A DNA stretch of 64,000 nt from Candidatus Versatilivorator sp. (lineage in GTDB: Bacteria > Acidobacteriota > Terriglobia > Versatilivoradales > Versatilivoraceae). The translations under genes and the position numbers were made by a program. Shown here piece after piece: positions 51,375-60,326 of this stretch. How positions within the stretch are numbered: the first letter of the stretch is position 1; the number at the start of each line of letters is the position of its first letter. Below the pieces are notes generated by a model, which had not been told where the DNA came from, did no database searches, and was given only the letters and a program-made list of their open reading frames with translations. Location of the stretch: NCBI GenBank assembly GCA_965207735.1, contig OZ242296.1, positions 544,001 through 608,000 on the forward strand, given 5' to 3'.

Positions 51375-54323
51375 TCAGTCGACGAACAGAAATTCGTTGG
51401 AACTCAACAGCGTCTGCAGATATTGCCTCAGCCGATCGGTGGGCGGATGGTTCCGGGCTTCGACCGAATCCATGAAGTTCAGGGCCAGTTGGCGCTCCTC
51501 CCGGGTGGCTTGGCGGCCGAAAATCAGTTGGTAGGCCCGGTCGACCACCCGGTCGTCCAACGGGTCTTCTTTCTCCTGGACTCGATCCGCCAGAACTCCG
51601 GCCTGGTTCCATACCAGGCTGCTGTTGAGAAAGAAGAGCTTCTGCGACGGCACGTTGGTGACGGCCCGCTGCTGGCTGCTCAAGCTGGGGTCGGGAAAAT
51701 CGAAAAGGGCCAGCATGCTGTCCAGCCCGGAACGTTTCACTTCACCGTAGACGCTCCGGCGCCGTGCATCCTTGGACAGATCCACCGAAGCCCCGCCGAT
51801 GTCGGGACGCAGGGTTCCCGCGATGACCAGAATGGAATCGCGCAAGGCCTCGGCGTCCAGCCGTCGCCGGTTGGCTCGCCACAGCAGCCGGTTCTCGGGA
51901 TCCTTGAGGGCGGCTGTCTCGGAGTGGCGGCTGCTTTGCCGGTAGGTGGCCGACAGCAGAATCTCGCGGTGCAAGGCCTTGACCGAGTAGTTGCTCTGGA
52001 TGAAACGGTGAGTCAAATATTCCAGCAGTTCCGGGTGAGTGGGCGGCGAGCCCAGCCGGCCGAAATTGCCGGGGGTTTGGACGATGCCCTGACCGAAATG
52101 GTTCTGCCAGATGCGGTTGACCATGACCCTTGCCGACAGGGGATGGCCGGCTATGGCCTCGGCCAGCTGCAAGCGCCCGCTGCCCTGGTTCAGGGGCTGG
52201 GGCCGGCCGTTGCCCAGCACCGCCAGGAATCGGCGCGGGGTCTTATCGCCCAGATCGTAGGGATTGCCCCGCACGTGGATGTGGGAATCACCGGGAAGGG
52301 CAGAGTCTGCCATCCCGTGGATGTAGGCGTAGGCAGACGGGCTGCTGCTCTTCAACCCCTCCAGCTTAGAGCGCAATGTCGTCAGATAGGTCTTCCATTC
52401 GCCATCGAGGTAACTTTCCAGTTTTTCGTCCTGCAGTCGGAACAGGCCGTAGTCCTCCTTCATGAAGCTGTTGGTCAGGTCGGTAGCCCCGAACAGATCC
52501 AGCCACAGAATGTACTTTTCCCGGGAGATGGGCTCGAGCGTCAGCTCGCAGATGTGGCAGAAATCGTCGGCGCGAAACCCGTTAGGCAGAAAGACGGCCG
52601 TCTCGGGGTCGACTTTCGGCTTGTTGGACTCCAGGATGATGTGATTCTTCTCGTCGGCTTCCCTCTTCTCGGCGAAGACTGCCAGCGCCAGCGCCTGAAA
52701 GTCCTCGGCGACCCTGGTGGCCTCCTCCAGAGTTCCGCCCCGCGCCCGCAGGTCGTCCCAGGCTTGCAGGTAGGGGTGTCGCCTTTCCTCGCCAGTCAAG
52801 TAACCGAACCACGCTTCCAGCAACTCGGGGTCGATTTCTGCGTCTCGGGCCAGGTGGGCGCGAGAGAACTCCGGATCCCGAAGCGATTTCCAGGTCGCCA
52901 ACAGGTATCGTGCCGTCTTCCAGGCGAGCATCTCGCTGAGTTGGATGGACTGCTTGTCGAGAAACTTCTTGATCGAGTCCTCCAGGGCCTTCACCTTCTT
53001 GTCGTGCTCCCGGTAAGCCTTGACGGTTTCCTCGGGCGCCAGCGGATACTCCCGGTAGACGGTGCTGGCCATGATTCCATCCAGTGCCCAGTAGTCGTCG
53101 AAGGCGATGGGGTCGTACTTGTGGTCGTGGCAGCGGGCGCACCCGACCGTCAGACCCAGGAATCCACGCGAGATGGCATCGATACGGTCGAAACGTTCGT
53201 CGGCCCGGGCCTGGGGAGCCTGCACGGCGCCGTAATACCAGACTCCCAGGCTGAGGAATCCGGTGCCGGCGAGCAGCTTGTCCTTGTCCTCGCGCTGCAG
53301 CAGGTCACCGGCGATCTGAGCCCTGACGAACCGGTCATAGGGCATGTCCTGGTTGAAGGCCTGGATCACCCAGTCGCGGTAGCGCCAAGCATTGGGATAT
53401 TGGGAATTTCCCGCGGGGCCGTAAAGGTCATCCTCGGCATAGCGGGCCACATCCAGCCAGTAGCGTCCCCATCGTTCCCCGTAGTGGGGAGACTCCAGCA
53501 GCCGGTCGACCAGCCTGGACCAGGCCTGTGGGGACCGATCCTGCAGGAAGGCGTCCACTTCCGCCGGGGTGGGGGGCAAACCGGTGAGGTTGTAGCTCAG
53601 TCGTCGAATCAATTCTCGAGGGCTGGCCTGCGGGGATGGACGCAGGCCGGCCTTTTCCAGACGGGCCAGAATGAAGCGATCGATGGCGGTGCGGGGCCAG
53701 CGCGAGTCCCGGACCGCGGGCGGGGAAGGGCGTCGAACCGGAAGAAAAGCCCAGTATTGCCGGTCCTTTTCCGTAATGGTGAACTCGCGGTTGCTGGAAT
53801 TGGACGGAGCTTCGACCGAGAGCCGGGGCCAGGGCGCGCCCATCTCGACCCAGCGAACGAGGTCGGAGATCTGCTGCTGTCGGAGCTTCTCTCCCAGCGG
53901 CATTCGCAAACGGGAATGGGAATGATCCACGGCTTGGATCAGGAGACTCTGGGCCGGCTTGCCGGGGACGATGGCGGGCCCCAGGGTCCCGCCCTGGATC
54001 AGAGCCTGCCGGGAGTTCACCTTGAGTCCGCTGCTGGCCGTTTCGCTGTGGCAGCTATAGCACTTCTCTACCAGCAGGGGGCGAATGCGGAGCTCGAAGA
54101 AATCTTCTGCTTCGGCCACGGGGACGGCGCCTTGGGCAACGGTGGCGCCCAAGACCAGGATGGCCGGCACCAGCCCGAAGCAGCGCGCCCGCTCCCAAAC
54201 CGGCCGTCCAGACTCCCGCGCCCGATTCCCGGGTCCAAGCCTCGGGGCCGTGCGATTCAACCCAGTGCCTGGGAACTTCAGGAATCCAAGGCGAAGGACC
54301 GTAATCATGGAACAAGAATCCAT
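51375..54323 (-). CDS. Planctomycete cytochrome c / PSCyt2 (DUF1549) / PSD1 (DUF1553) protein (start uncertain)
   Basis: Heme motifs CYSCH and CARCH; YGERWGRYWLDVARY, NRIWQNHFGQG, PTHPELL, RRLDAE. Confidence 0.92.
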   Translation of the reverse strand: MDSCSMITVLRLGFLKFPGTGLNRTAPRLGPGNRARESGRPVWERARCFGLVPAILVLGATVAQGAVPVAEAEDFFELRIRPLLVEKCYSCHSETASSGLKVNSRQALIQGGTLGPAIVPGKPAQSLLIQAVDHSHSRLRMPLGEKLRQQQISDLVRWVEMGAPWPRLSVEAPSNSSNREFTITEKDRQYWAFLPVRRPSPPAVRDSRWPRTAIDRFILARLEKAGLRPSPQASPRELIRRLSYNLTGLPPTPAEVDAFLQDRSPQAWSRLVDRLLESPHYGERWGRYWLDVARYAEDDLYGPAGNSQYPNAWRYRDWVIQAFNQDMPYDRFVRAQIAGDLLQREDKDKLLAGTGFLSLGVWYYGAVQAPQARADERFDRIDAISRGFLGLTVGCARCHDHKYDPIAFDDYWALDGIMASTVYREYPLAPEETVKAYREHDKKVKALEDSIKKFLDKQSIQLSEMLAWKTARYLLATWKSLRDPEFSRAHLARDAEIDPELLEAWFGYLTGEERRHPYLQAWDDLRARGGTLEEATRVAEDFQALALAVFAEKREADEKNHIILESNKPKVDPETAVFLPNGFRADDFCHICELTLEPISREKYILWLDLFGATDLTNSFMKEDYGLFRLQDEKLESYLDGEWKTYLTTLRSKLEGLKSSSPSAYAYIHGMADSALPGDSHIHVRGNPYDLGDKTPRRFLAVLGNGRPQPLNQGSGRLQLAEAIAGHPLSARVMVNRIWQNHFGQGIVQTPGNFGRLGSPPTHPELLEYLTHRFIQSNYSVKALHREILLSATYRQSSRHSETAALKDPENRLLWRANRRRLDAEALRDSILVIAGTLRPDIGGASVDLSKDARRRSVYGEVKRSGLDSMLALFDFPDPSLSSQQRAVTNVPSQKLFFLNSSLVWNQAGVLADRVQEKEDPLDDRVVDRAYQLIFGRQATREERQLALNFMDSVEARNHPPTDRLRQYLQTLLSSNEFLFVD

Positions 54324-54533
54324 CCTGCGAGGGCGATTGGTGCAGCTAAACGCTTATGATAGCATTATTTGCTCGCGCCGGCGGGCTGTTCCGGCGGAAG
54401 ATTCCACTCCTCTCCCATCCGGCTGGCTCGTGAGTTTTGTTTCTGAAAGTGCCACTGCCATCTTCCTTGACCGGCTTCGCCCACTCATGGGCGTCCAATT
54501 TCAATTCAACCACCCCCAAAGGAGGCTGTGGTT

Positions 54534-55601
54534 ATGCCAAGTATCGAGATCCTAGACTCTGGAATCATCGACAACCGGGACTCTTCCTTTCCCACCCTGG
54601 TCCGACTGGACAACGGGGACATCCTGGCCGGCTTTACGGTGGGCGGAGGGCCGAGCGTCACCGGGGGGACCGACCTGGCTCGCTCCACCGACAACGGCAG
54701 GTCCTGGAGTCTGCAGGGACCGATCCTGGAGCCCGGAGACAATCCACGCACCACCAATTCGTTGCGCTTGAGCCGTACTCCGCAGGGCATGGTCATCGCC
54801 TATGGGACGCGGGCCTATCCGCCGGAAGAGAAAAAGCAGTTCGGGAGCGCCACCCGAAAAGAACCCATCCTTTGTCTCTCACGAGACCAGGGCAAGACCT
54901 GGACCGATCCCCAGCTGCTGCCGGCCTCCATTCCCGGCCCTTTTGAGATCGCCAGTCCCGTCATTGTTACCAGCAATGGCAACTGGCTGGCGCCGGCTGC
55001 GACCCTCACTCAGCAGGATCGGCTTGGGGAACGGCTGGTGATGTTCATTTCCGAGGATGAGGGGAAGACCTGGCCCCGCACGTCGCTGGCGATGAAGGAT
55101 CCGGAAGGAGTCAAGGGGTTTTTCGAGCAGAAGCTGACTCGGCTCGACGGCGACCGGGTGATGGCGGTGTCCTGGACACTGCGCATGGGCGACTACTCCG
55201 ACTTCGAGGACCATTTCGTCATATCCGACGACGGAGGGGACACCTGGGGGCCGTTGCGATCCACCGGAGTTCGCGGCCAGACCATGACCCCCGTCTGGCT
55301 GGGTGAAGACCGGTTGCTGGTTCTCTACAACCGGCGATACGGAAAGCAGGGCGTTATCGCCCTCCTGGTGCGTTTCACCGAAGACTCCTGGACGGTCGAC
55401 TGCGAAGAAACGCTCTGGGACGCGCGGGCCTCCAGGGAAGCCCCGGAGGAAGCCGATGGAATCAATGAGCTGGAGACCTTCGCTTTCGGTTTGCCATCGG
55501 CGATTGCGCTGGACCGGGAGACACTGCTTTGCGTCCATTGGTGCATGGAGCAGGAAAAGTTCGGCATTCGTTGGACCCGAGTCCGGGTCGGCTGGGAATA
55601 G
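54534..55601 (+). CDS. BNR/Asp-box sialidase-fold protein
   Basis: Four Asp-boxes: STDNGRSW, SRDQGKTW, SEDEGKTW, SDDGGDTW. Confidence 0.85.
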   Translation: MPSIEILDSGIIDNRDSSFPTLVRLDNGDILAGFTVGGGPSVTGGTDLARSTDNGRSWSLQGPILEPGDNPRTTNSLRLSRTPQGMVIAYGTRAYPPEEKKQFGSATRKEPILCLSRDQGKTWTDPQLLPASIPGPFEIASPVIVTSNGNWLAPAATLTQQDRLGERLVMFISEDEGKTWPRTSLAMKDPEGVKGFFEQKLTRLDGDRVMAVSWTLRMGDYSDFEDHFVISDDGGDTWGPLRSTGVRGQTMTPVWLGEDRLLVLYNRRYGKQGVIALLVRFTEDSWTVDCEETLWDARASREAPEEADGINELETFAFGLPSAIALDRETLLCVHWCMEQEKFGIRWTRVRVGWE

Positions 55602-55629
55602 CCGGAGTCTGGGGTTTCGACCCAAAGGC

Positions 55630-55680
55630 AAAAAAGATATCCACGAAGGGACACGAAGAACGACGAAGGGTAACGAAGGG
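55630..55680 (+). repeat. CACGAAG periodic repeat, copy 5
   Basis: AAAAAAGATATCCACGAAGGGACACGAAGAACGACGAAGGGTAACGAAGGG. Confidence 0.85.
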
Positions 55681-55687
55681 ATCGTAC

Positions 55688-55703
55688 TTGACTTACTAGT
55701 CAA
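55688..55703. promoter_or_regulatory. Palindromic candidate operator overlapping a -35-like hexamer
   Basis: TTGACT-TACT-AGTCAA, 25 nt upstream of the ATG at 55729. Confidence 0.4.
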
Positions 55704-55728
55704 TGATGTATCCACTCAAGAGATCCGC

Positions 55729-57099
55729 ATGAGAAATTCCTTGCTGCAGGAATTGGCTGCCCGGGCCGAGGCGGACAAGCCGCTTCGAGTCGGGGTGATC
55801 GGGGCGGGGAAGTTCGCCACCATGTTCTTCAGCCAGGCCCGCCGACTGAACGGGCTGCACCTGGCAGGAGTGGTGGATCTCGCCAGGGACAGGGCGGCCC
55901 AGGCATTTCTGCGGGCCGGTTGGCCGGCCGAACAGTTTGGGGCTACAGACCTCGGGGAGGCGATGAGAACGGGCACGACCTGGCTGTCGGAAGACGCCGA
56001 GGCGCTGTTATGTGCCGGAGGCGTGGATGTCATCGTGGAAGCCACGGGCGATCCGGTCGCGGGGATCGGTCACGCCTTGAAGGCCATGGATCAGGGGAAG
56101 CACCTGGTCATGGTCAACGTGGAAGCCGACGTGGTGGCCGGCCCCCTGTTGGCCCGGCGAGCCCGGCGGGCCGGGGTCGTCTACAGCCTGGCTTACGGGG
56201 ACCAGCCGGCGCTGATCTGCGAATTGGTGGATTGGGCCCGGTGCAGCGGCTTCGAGGTGGTGTGCGCGGGCAAGGGGACCAAGTATCTCCCCGCGTTTCA
56301 CGCCTCCACCCCGGACACGGTCTGGGAACACTATGGTTTCAGCCAGGCCAAGGTGGCGGGAGGCGAGCTCAATCCGAGAATGTTCAATTCCTTTCTGGAC
56401 GGCACCAAGTCGGCCATCGAGATGGCTGCCGTGGCCAACGCCACCGGACTACAACCCCAGGCAGAAGGTCTGAATTTCCCCCCCTGCAGCCAGGATCGCC
56501 TTGCGGAGGTTTGCCGCCCGCGCTCCAGCGGGGGCTGTCTGTCGCGCTCGGGAACGGTTGAAGTCGTCTCCAGCCTGGAACGAGACGGCCGTCCCGTGCC
56601 CGGGGACCTGCGCTGGGGAGTCTACGTCACCTTTGAGGCCCCCAACGACTACGTCAGGGAATGCTTTGCCGAGTATGGCCTGCAGACCGATGCCGCCGGC
56701 GGCACCGCGGCTCTCTACCGGCCGGTTCACCTGGTGGGAATGGAATTGTCGGTCACTGTGCTCAAAGCGGGACTGGCCGGAGAAGCGACCGGATGCCCCG
56801 CCGCCTTTGCCGGGGACGTGGTGGCCACGGCCAAGCGGGATCTCTCGGCCGGCGAAGTACTGGACGGAGAGGGCGGCTATACCGTCTACGGCAGGCTGCA
56901 ACCCTCGGCCGCGGCCACTTGCATCGGAGGCCTTCCCATCGGTCTGGCCCACCATGTGACCCTCCTCAACGACATTCCCGCCGGCAGCCCGATCGGCTGG
57001 GCCGACGTACGACACGACCCCGCCGATCCCGCTGTCCTCATCCGCAGGGAAATGGAAAGGACGTTCGCTACTCGGCCGGCAAGTAGTTTATCGATGTAA
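55729..57099 (+). CDS. Homoserine dehydrogenase-like NAD(P) oxidoreductase with C-terminal SAF domain
   Basis: VGVIGAGKF, VEATG, VNVEAD, GDQP, DGTKSAIEM, AKRDLSAGEVLDGEGGY. Confidence 0.9.
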   Translation: MRNSLLQELAARAEADKPLRVGVIGAGKFATMFFSQARRLNGLHLAGVVDLARDRAAQAFLRAGWPAEQFGATDLGEAMRTGTTWLSEDAEALLCAGGVDVIVEATGDPVAGIGHALKAMDQGKHLVMVNVEADVVAGPLLARRARRAGVVYSLAYGDQPALICELVDWARCSGFEVVCAGKGTKYLPAFHASTPDTVWEHYGFSQAKVAGGELNPRMFNSFLDGTKSAIEMAAVANATGLQPQAEGLNFPPCSQDRLAEVCRPRSSGGCLSRSGTVEVVSSLERDGRPVPGDLRWGVYVTFEAPNDYVRECFAEYGLQTDAAGGTAALYRPVHLVGMELSVTVLKAGLAGEATGCPAAFAGDVVATAKRDLSAGEVLDGEGGYTVYGRLQPSAAATCIGGLPIGLAHHVTLLNDIPAGSPIGWADVRHDPADPAVLIRREMERTFATRPASSLSM

Positions 57100-57189
57100 A
57101 CCCCAAGCCCGATTTTCCGCACGATGGTCCGGGTTCAAGTACCTTCCGGCGACAGCGGCGGGAACATTGGCGCTCAAACTTCAGGGGGA

Positions 57190-57822
57190 TTACAGGGTAT
57201 TCAGGTGGAGGCCGGTGGCCGCGTCCACGAAGACGGTGCGTTTGGCGGAGCCGCGGGTTTCGCCCCAGATCACGCGCCAGACCGGGTGGGTGTATCGGGG
57301 GGTGGATTCCAGCAGGAAGTGGATGGGGAGATCGGGGTTTTTCTTGAGAAATCGGGCGCTCTTTTCTGCCGCCTTGTCGTAGGCTTTGGTCGAGTCGATC
57401 TTGAAGAGCTGTATGATGAAGGGTCTGGCCTGTCCTCTTCCCGACCAGGCTTCCGGTATACCCGCTCGGACCCCCTTGCGGATGCTGGTGCCGGATTTGA
57501 CCACCGAGTAGGTATAGGTGGCAGACTTTCGCTTTTGTGCGGACACGAAGGTGGCCTGCCACACGGCGTACCTTCCGGCCTTGCTGGGGACCTCCTTGAG
57601 ATTGAAGCTCGACAAGCGAAGAGGCAGCGCATCGGCGGACCAGTGTCGGGCTTGAACGTAGAGCCGGTGGAAGGCCGTATGGGCCGCTACCGGCGAGGGA
57701 GGCTTTGGCGGCTCAGGATCAGGCTCCGGCTCGGGAGCCGGCGCACAGGAGACGGCCAGCAGGCCAAACAGAATCACCGCCAGGGCAGGGAGGGTCAGGT
57801 CGTGGGCGTTCTTGATATTCAC
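57190..57822 (-). CDS. Hypothetical lipoprotein
   Basis: Lipobox LAVSC, Pro/Glu linker, PepSY-like C-terminal VFVDAATG. Confidence 0.75.
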   Translation of the reverse strand: MNIKNAHDLTLPALAVILFGLLAVSCAPAPEPEPDPEPPKPPSPVAAHTAFHRLYVQARHWSADALPLRLSSFNLKEVPSKAGRYAVWQATFVSAQKRKSATYTYSVVKSGTSIRKGVRAGIPEAWSGRGQARPFIIQLFKIDSTKAYDKAAEKSARFLKKNPDLPIHFLLESTPRYTHPVWRVIWGETRGSAKRTVFVDAATGLHLNTL

Positions 57823-57934
57823 TGGATTCGGGTGACTGAGATGGGAACCGCTGCGGCCTCTGTTGGCGCCGCTGAATTCTACAGCTTACCGGATGACCGG
57901 CCGGAAAACCAGCCTTTGCCCTCGGGCGGGCGGC

Positions 57935-60304
57935 TCAGAATCCGATCCGGATGCGGCCGCTCCACATCCGCGGGTGGCCGAAGTGGGTCCCACTGAAGGG
58001 GTTGCCGAAATTGTAGGCGAAACGCCGGTTGGTCAGGTTGCGCACGTCGAACTGAGTCCGGAGGGTGACGCGCCGGTCCGAAAAGAAATCTTTGCCCAGC
58101 GACAGATCGAAGAGGGCTCTGGGTTTGATGCGCCCGCGTTCGAAGTTGACCAGCTCGGCCCCCGGACGCTCCCGCAGTTCATCCAGCTCTTCCAGCTCCA
58201 CCTCCAGGGGCGGCCCACTCTCGTAGCGCCCCGACAAACCGAACCAGAATCGGGAGGGATGCTCGTAAATCATCCCGAATCCCCCGGTGTTTCTTTGATC
58301 GTGGTCGGGATTGAAGCGGGTCCCGGGCCCGATCTCGATCACTTCTTCCTCCAGAAACAGTCCTCCGTTAATGGGGCCCACCTGAAAGACTCGCGAGTTG
58401 GAATAGCTCAGGTATCCGGACCAGCCCTTTCGCTGCGGAAAATCGATGCGGGCCTCCAGTCCCTGAGCCTTGCCCCGAGCTACCGAGTTGGGAAAGATGA
58501 CCGTCGTGCCCAGAAACACGTTGGGATCGGCATAGTTTCTTACCAGTCTCCACCAGTAAGCGGTGTTGAGTTGGAACCAGTCGCCGAAGGGCTGGCCGAA
58601 TCCCACCTCGAACGCATGTTGTCTCTCCGGTGCCACCAGCGCGCCGCCGATGCCCTCAGGCGTCGCAAACGGGGAGAGGCGCCGGGCCTGCTCGGATGAG
58701 GAGAGCAACAGATTCTCGATCTGCGGCGGCATGAACAAGCGGTTGTAGGAAGCTCGTAGGACGGTTCGGCTGTAGGGCACCAGAACGGCGGCGCCGGCGC
58801 GCGGGCTGACCTGGGCGGTGGAAACCATGACGGCGGTGTGGTCGAACCGGACACCCGCGTTGATGGTCAGGTTCCTGCCCAGCGAAAAGGTGTCTTGCAG
58901 AAATACGGACCCTTGGCCCCGCACAGCCCGTTCCTGGAAGACAAAGGGGTTCTCCCGGTCAAACTCCAGCGCCAGATCGCTCAAGTCGAATTCTTCGCCA
59001 AATTCCTCGTCCGTTACAAAAAAGGAAAAGAATTCGCGGGGGGTGACCCGTTGGGCGTCGGCGCCCGCCTTGAGGGTGTGACCGCCAACTCGATGAGTCA
59101 GGTTCAGCAGTACCCCCGAGCGCACGTGGCGGCGGAGTTGAGTGGCTGAGACCGGCAGGTCGTTGGCGCTGGGGATCAGCTCGGAGCGGAAGGAACGGCG
59201 ATATCCCCCCAGGTTGGTGGCCGTAGACGGCGACCAGTTTCTCTGCCAGGCAAACGACTGGTGGTTGTCGTTCAGTCGCTGGCGCTGGCGCTGGCCGGCC
59301 TGTTCCTGCAGATAGGTGTTGGTGACCGCAAAGCGGCTTCCGTGGCCCGACAGGTTCGCGACCAGAATGTCGCGGGCCGAGGGATGCCAGTCCATCCGGG
59401 AGTCGAATCGCTGAGCCCATCCCCGGTTGTTGAAGTTCCCGGGGTCCACCGGGTCGAGGTAGCGCCGGCCGGACCCCGTCAGGGAGTGGGCCAAGAAAAA
59501 GCCCAGTCGGCTGCCGAGGCCTCCGGTCAGCGTGTAGCCGGCCTGGCCGCTTTGAAAGTTGCCGGCGGCCAGGCTGACCGAACCGCCCAGCGGCCGGTCG
59601 ATCCCGGACTTGGGGGTGAGGTGGACCACGGCTCCGGAGGCATTGCCGTACTCCACCGGCAAATGGCCGTTGATGACTTGCAGGGACTGGATCATCTCGG
59701 TCTGGGGCGAGCCGGCAAACAGGCGGTCGGTGCGGTCGGTCAACGGGATCCCGTCAATCAAATACAGGAATCCGTCGTCCACCCCCCTCACATGCAACAA
59801 TCCGTTGTCTTCACTGCTCCAGCCTGCAACCGTGGCGATGACCTCCTGCAGTCCCGCGGAGGGTTGGGCTCCCGGCTGCCGCTCGATGAAGGATTGGTCC
59901 AGGTCGGTTTCCAGGCCTAGGGAGTCGGCTTCCACCAGCGCCTCCACCCGGATGGACCGGGTCGGTGTGGTCAGGCTGAGCGAAACCTCAACCCGCACGG
60001 GGAGATTGGAGTGGACGCTCACCGGGCTGTTCCAGAGCTGAAATCCGGCGGCCTCGACCTGCAGCAGGTAGGGATCGAAGGGAAGGTTGTTGAAGTGAAA
60101 ACCGCCCCCGGTTCCGGTGGAGGTCTGGCGGTGGAATCCGGTGGTGCGGTTGCTGAGGCGGACCAGGGCTCCGGAGACGGTTGCTCCGGTAGGGTCAAGG
60201 ACGTTTCCTCGCAGGGTGCCGACCCGAATTTGGGCCGCCAGGGACGGACCCAGGATGAGAACACCAAACAATGCTAAAGCGTAGGGAATTCCAGGCCGAA
60301 CCAT
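57935..60304 (-). CDS. TonB-dependent receptor
   Basis: Signal peptide, GNVLDPTGA N-domain, plug LHVRG...IDGIP...EYG, FLQD, C-terminal Phe. Confidence 0.88.
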   Translation of the reverse strand: MVRPGIPYALALFGVLILGPSLAAQIRVGTLRGNVLDPTGATVSGALVRLSNRTTGFHRQTSTGTGGGFHFNNLPFDPYLLQVEAAGFQLWNSPVSVHSNLPVRVEVSLSLTTPTRSIRVEALVEADSLGLETDLDQSFIERQPGAQPSAGLQEVIATVAGWSSEDNGLLHVRGVDDGFLYLIDGIPLTDRTDRLFAGSPQTEMIQSLQVINGHLPVEYGNASGAVVHLTPKSGIDRPLGGSVSLAAGNFQSGQAGYTLTGGLGSRLGFFLAHSLTGSGRRYLDPVDPGNFNNRGWAQRFDSRMDWHPSARDILVANLSGHGSRFAVTNTYLQEQAGQRQRQRLNDNHQSFAWQRNWSPSTATNLGGYRRSFRSELIPSANDLPVSATQLRRHVRSGVLLNLTHRVGGHTLKAGADAQRVTPREFFSFFVTDEEFGEEFDLSDLALEFDRENPFVFQERAVRGQGSVFLQDTFSLGRNLTINAGVRFDHTAVMVSTAQVSPRAGAAVLVPYSRTVLRASYNRLFMPPQIENLLLSSSEQARRLSPFATPEGIGGALVAPERQHAFEVGFGQPFGDWFQLNTAYWWRLVRNYADPNVFLGTTVIFPNSVARGKAQGLEARIDFPQRKGWSGYLSYSNSRVFQVGPINGGLFLEEEVIEIGPGTRFNPDHDQRNTGGFGMIYEHPSRFWFGLSGRYESGPPLEVELEELDELRERPGAELVNFERGRIKPRALFDLSLGKDFFSDRRVTLRTQFDVRNLTNRRFAYNFGNPFSGTHFGHPRMWSGRIRIGF

Positions 60305-60326
60305 CCTCAACCTCTGCCCGGGAGAA

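Noticed and set aside
51360-54359. 999-aa plus-strand ORF
   Set aside because: Mirror frame of the PSD1 gene, which carries the recognisable motifs
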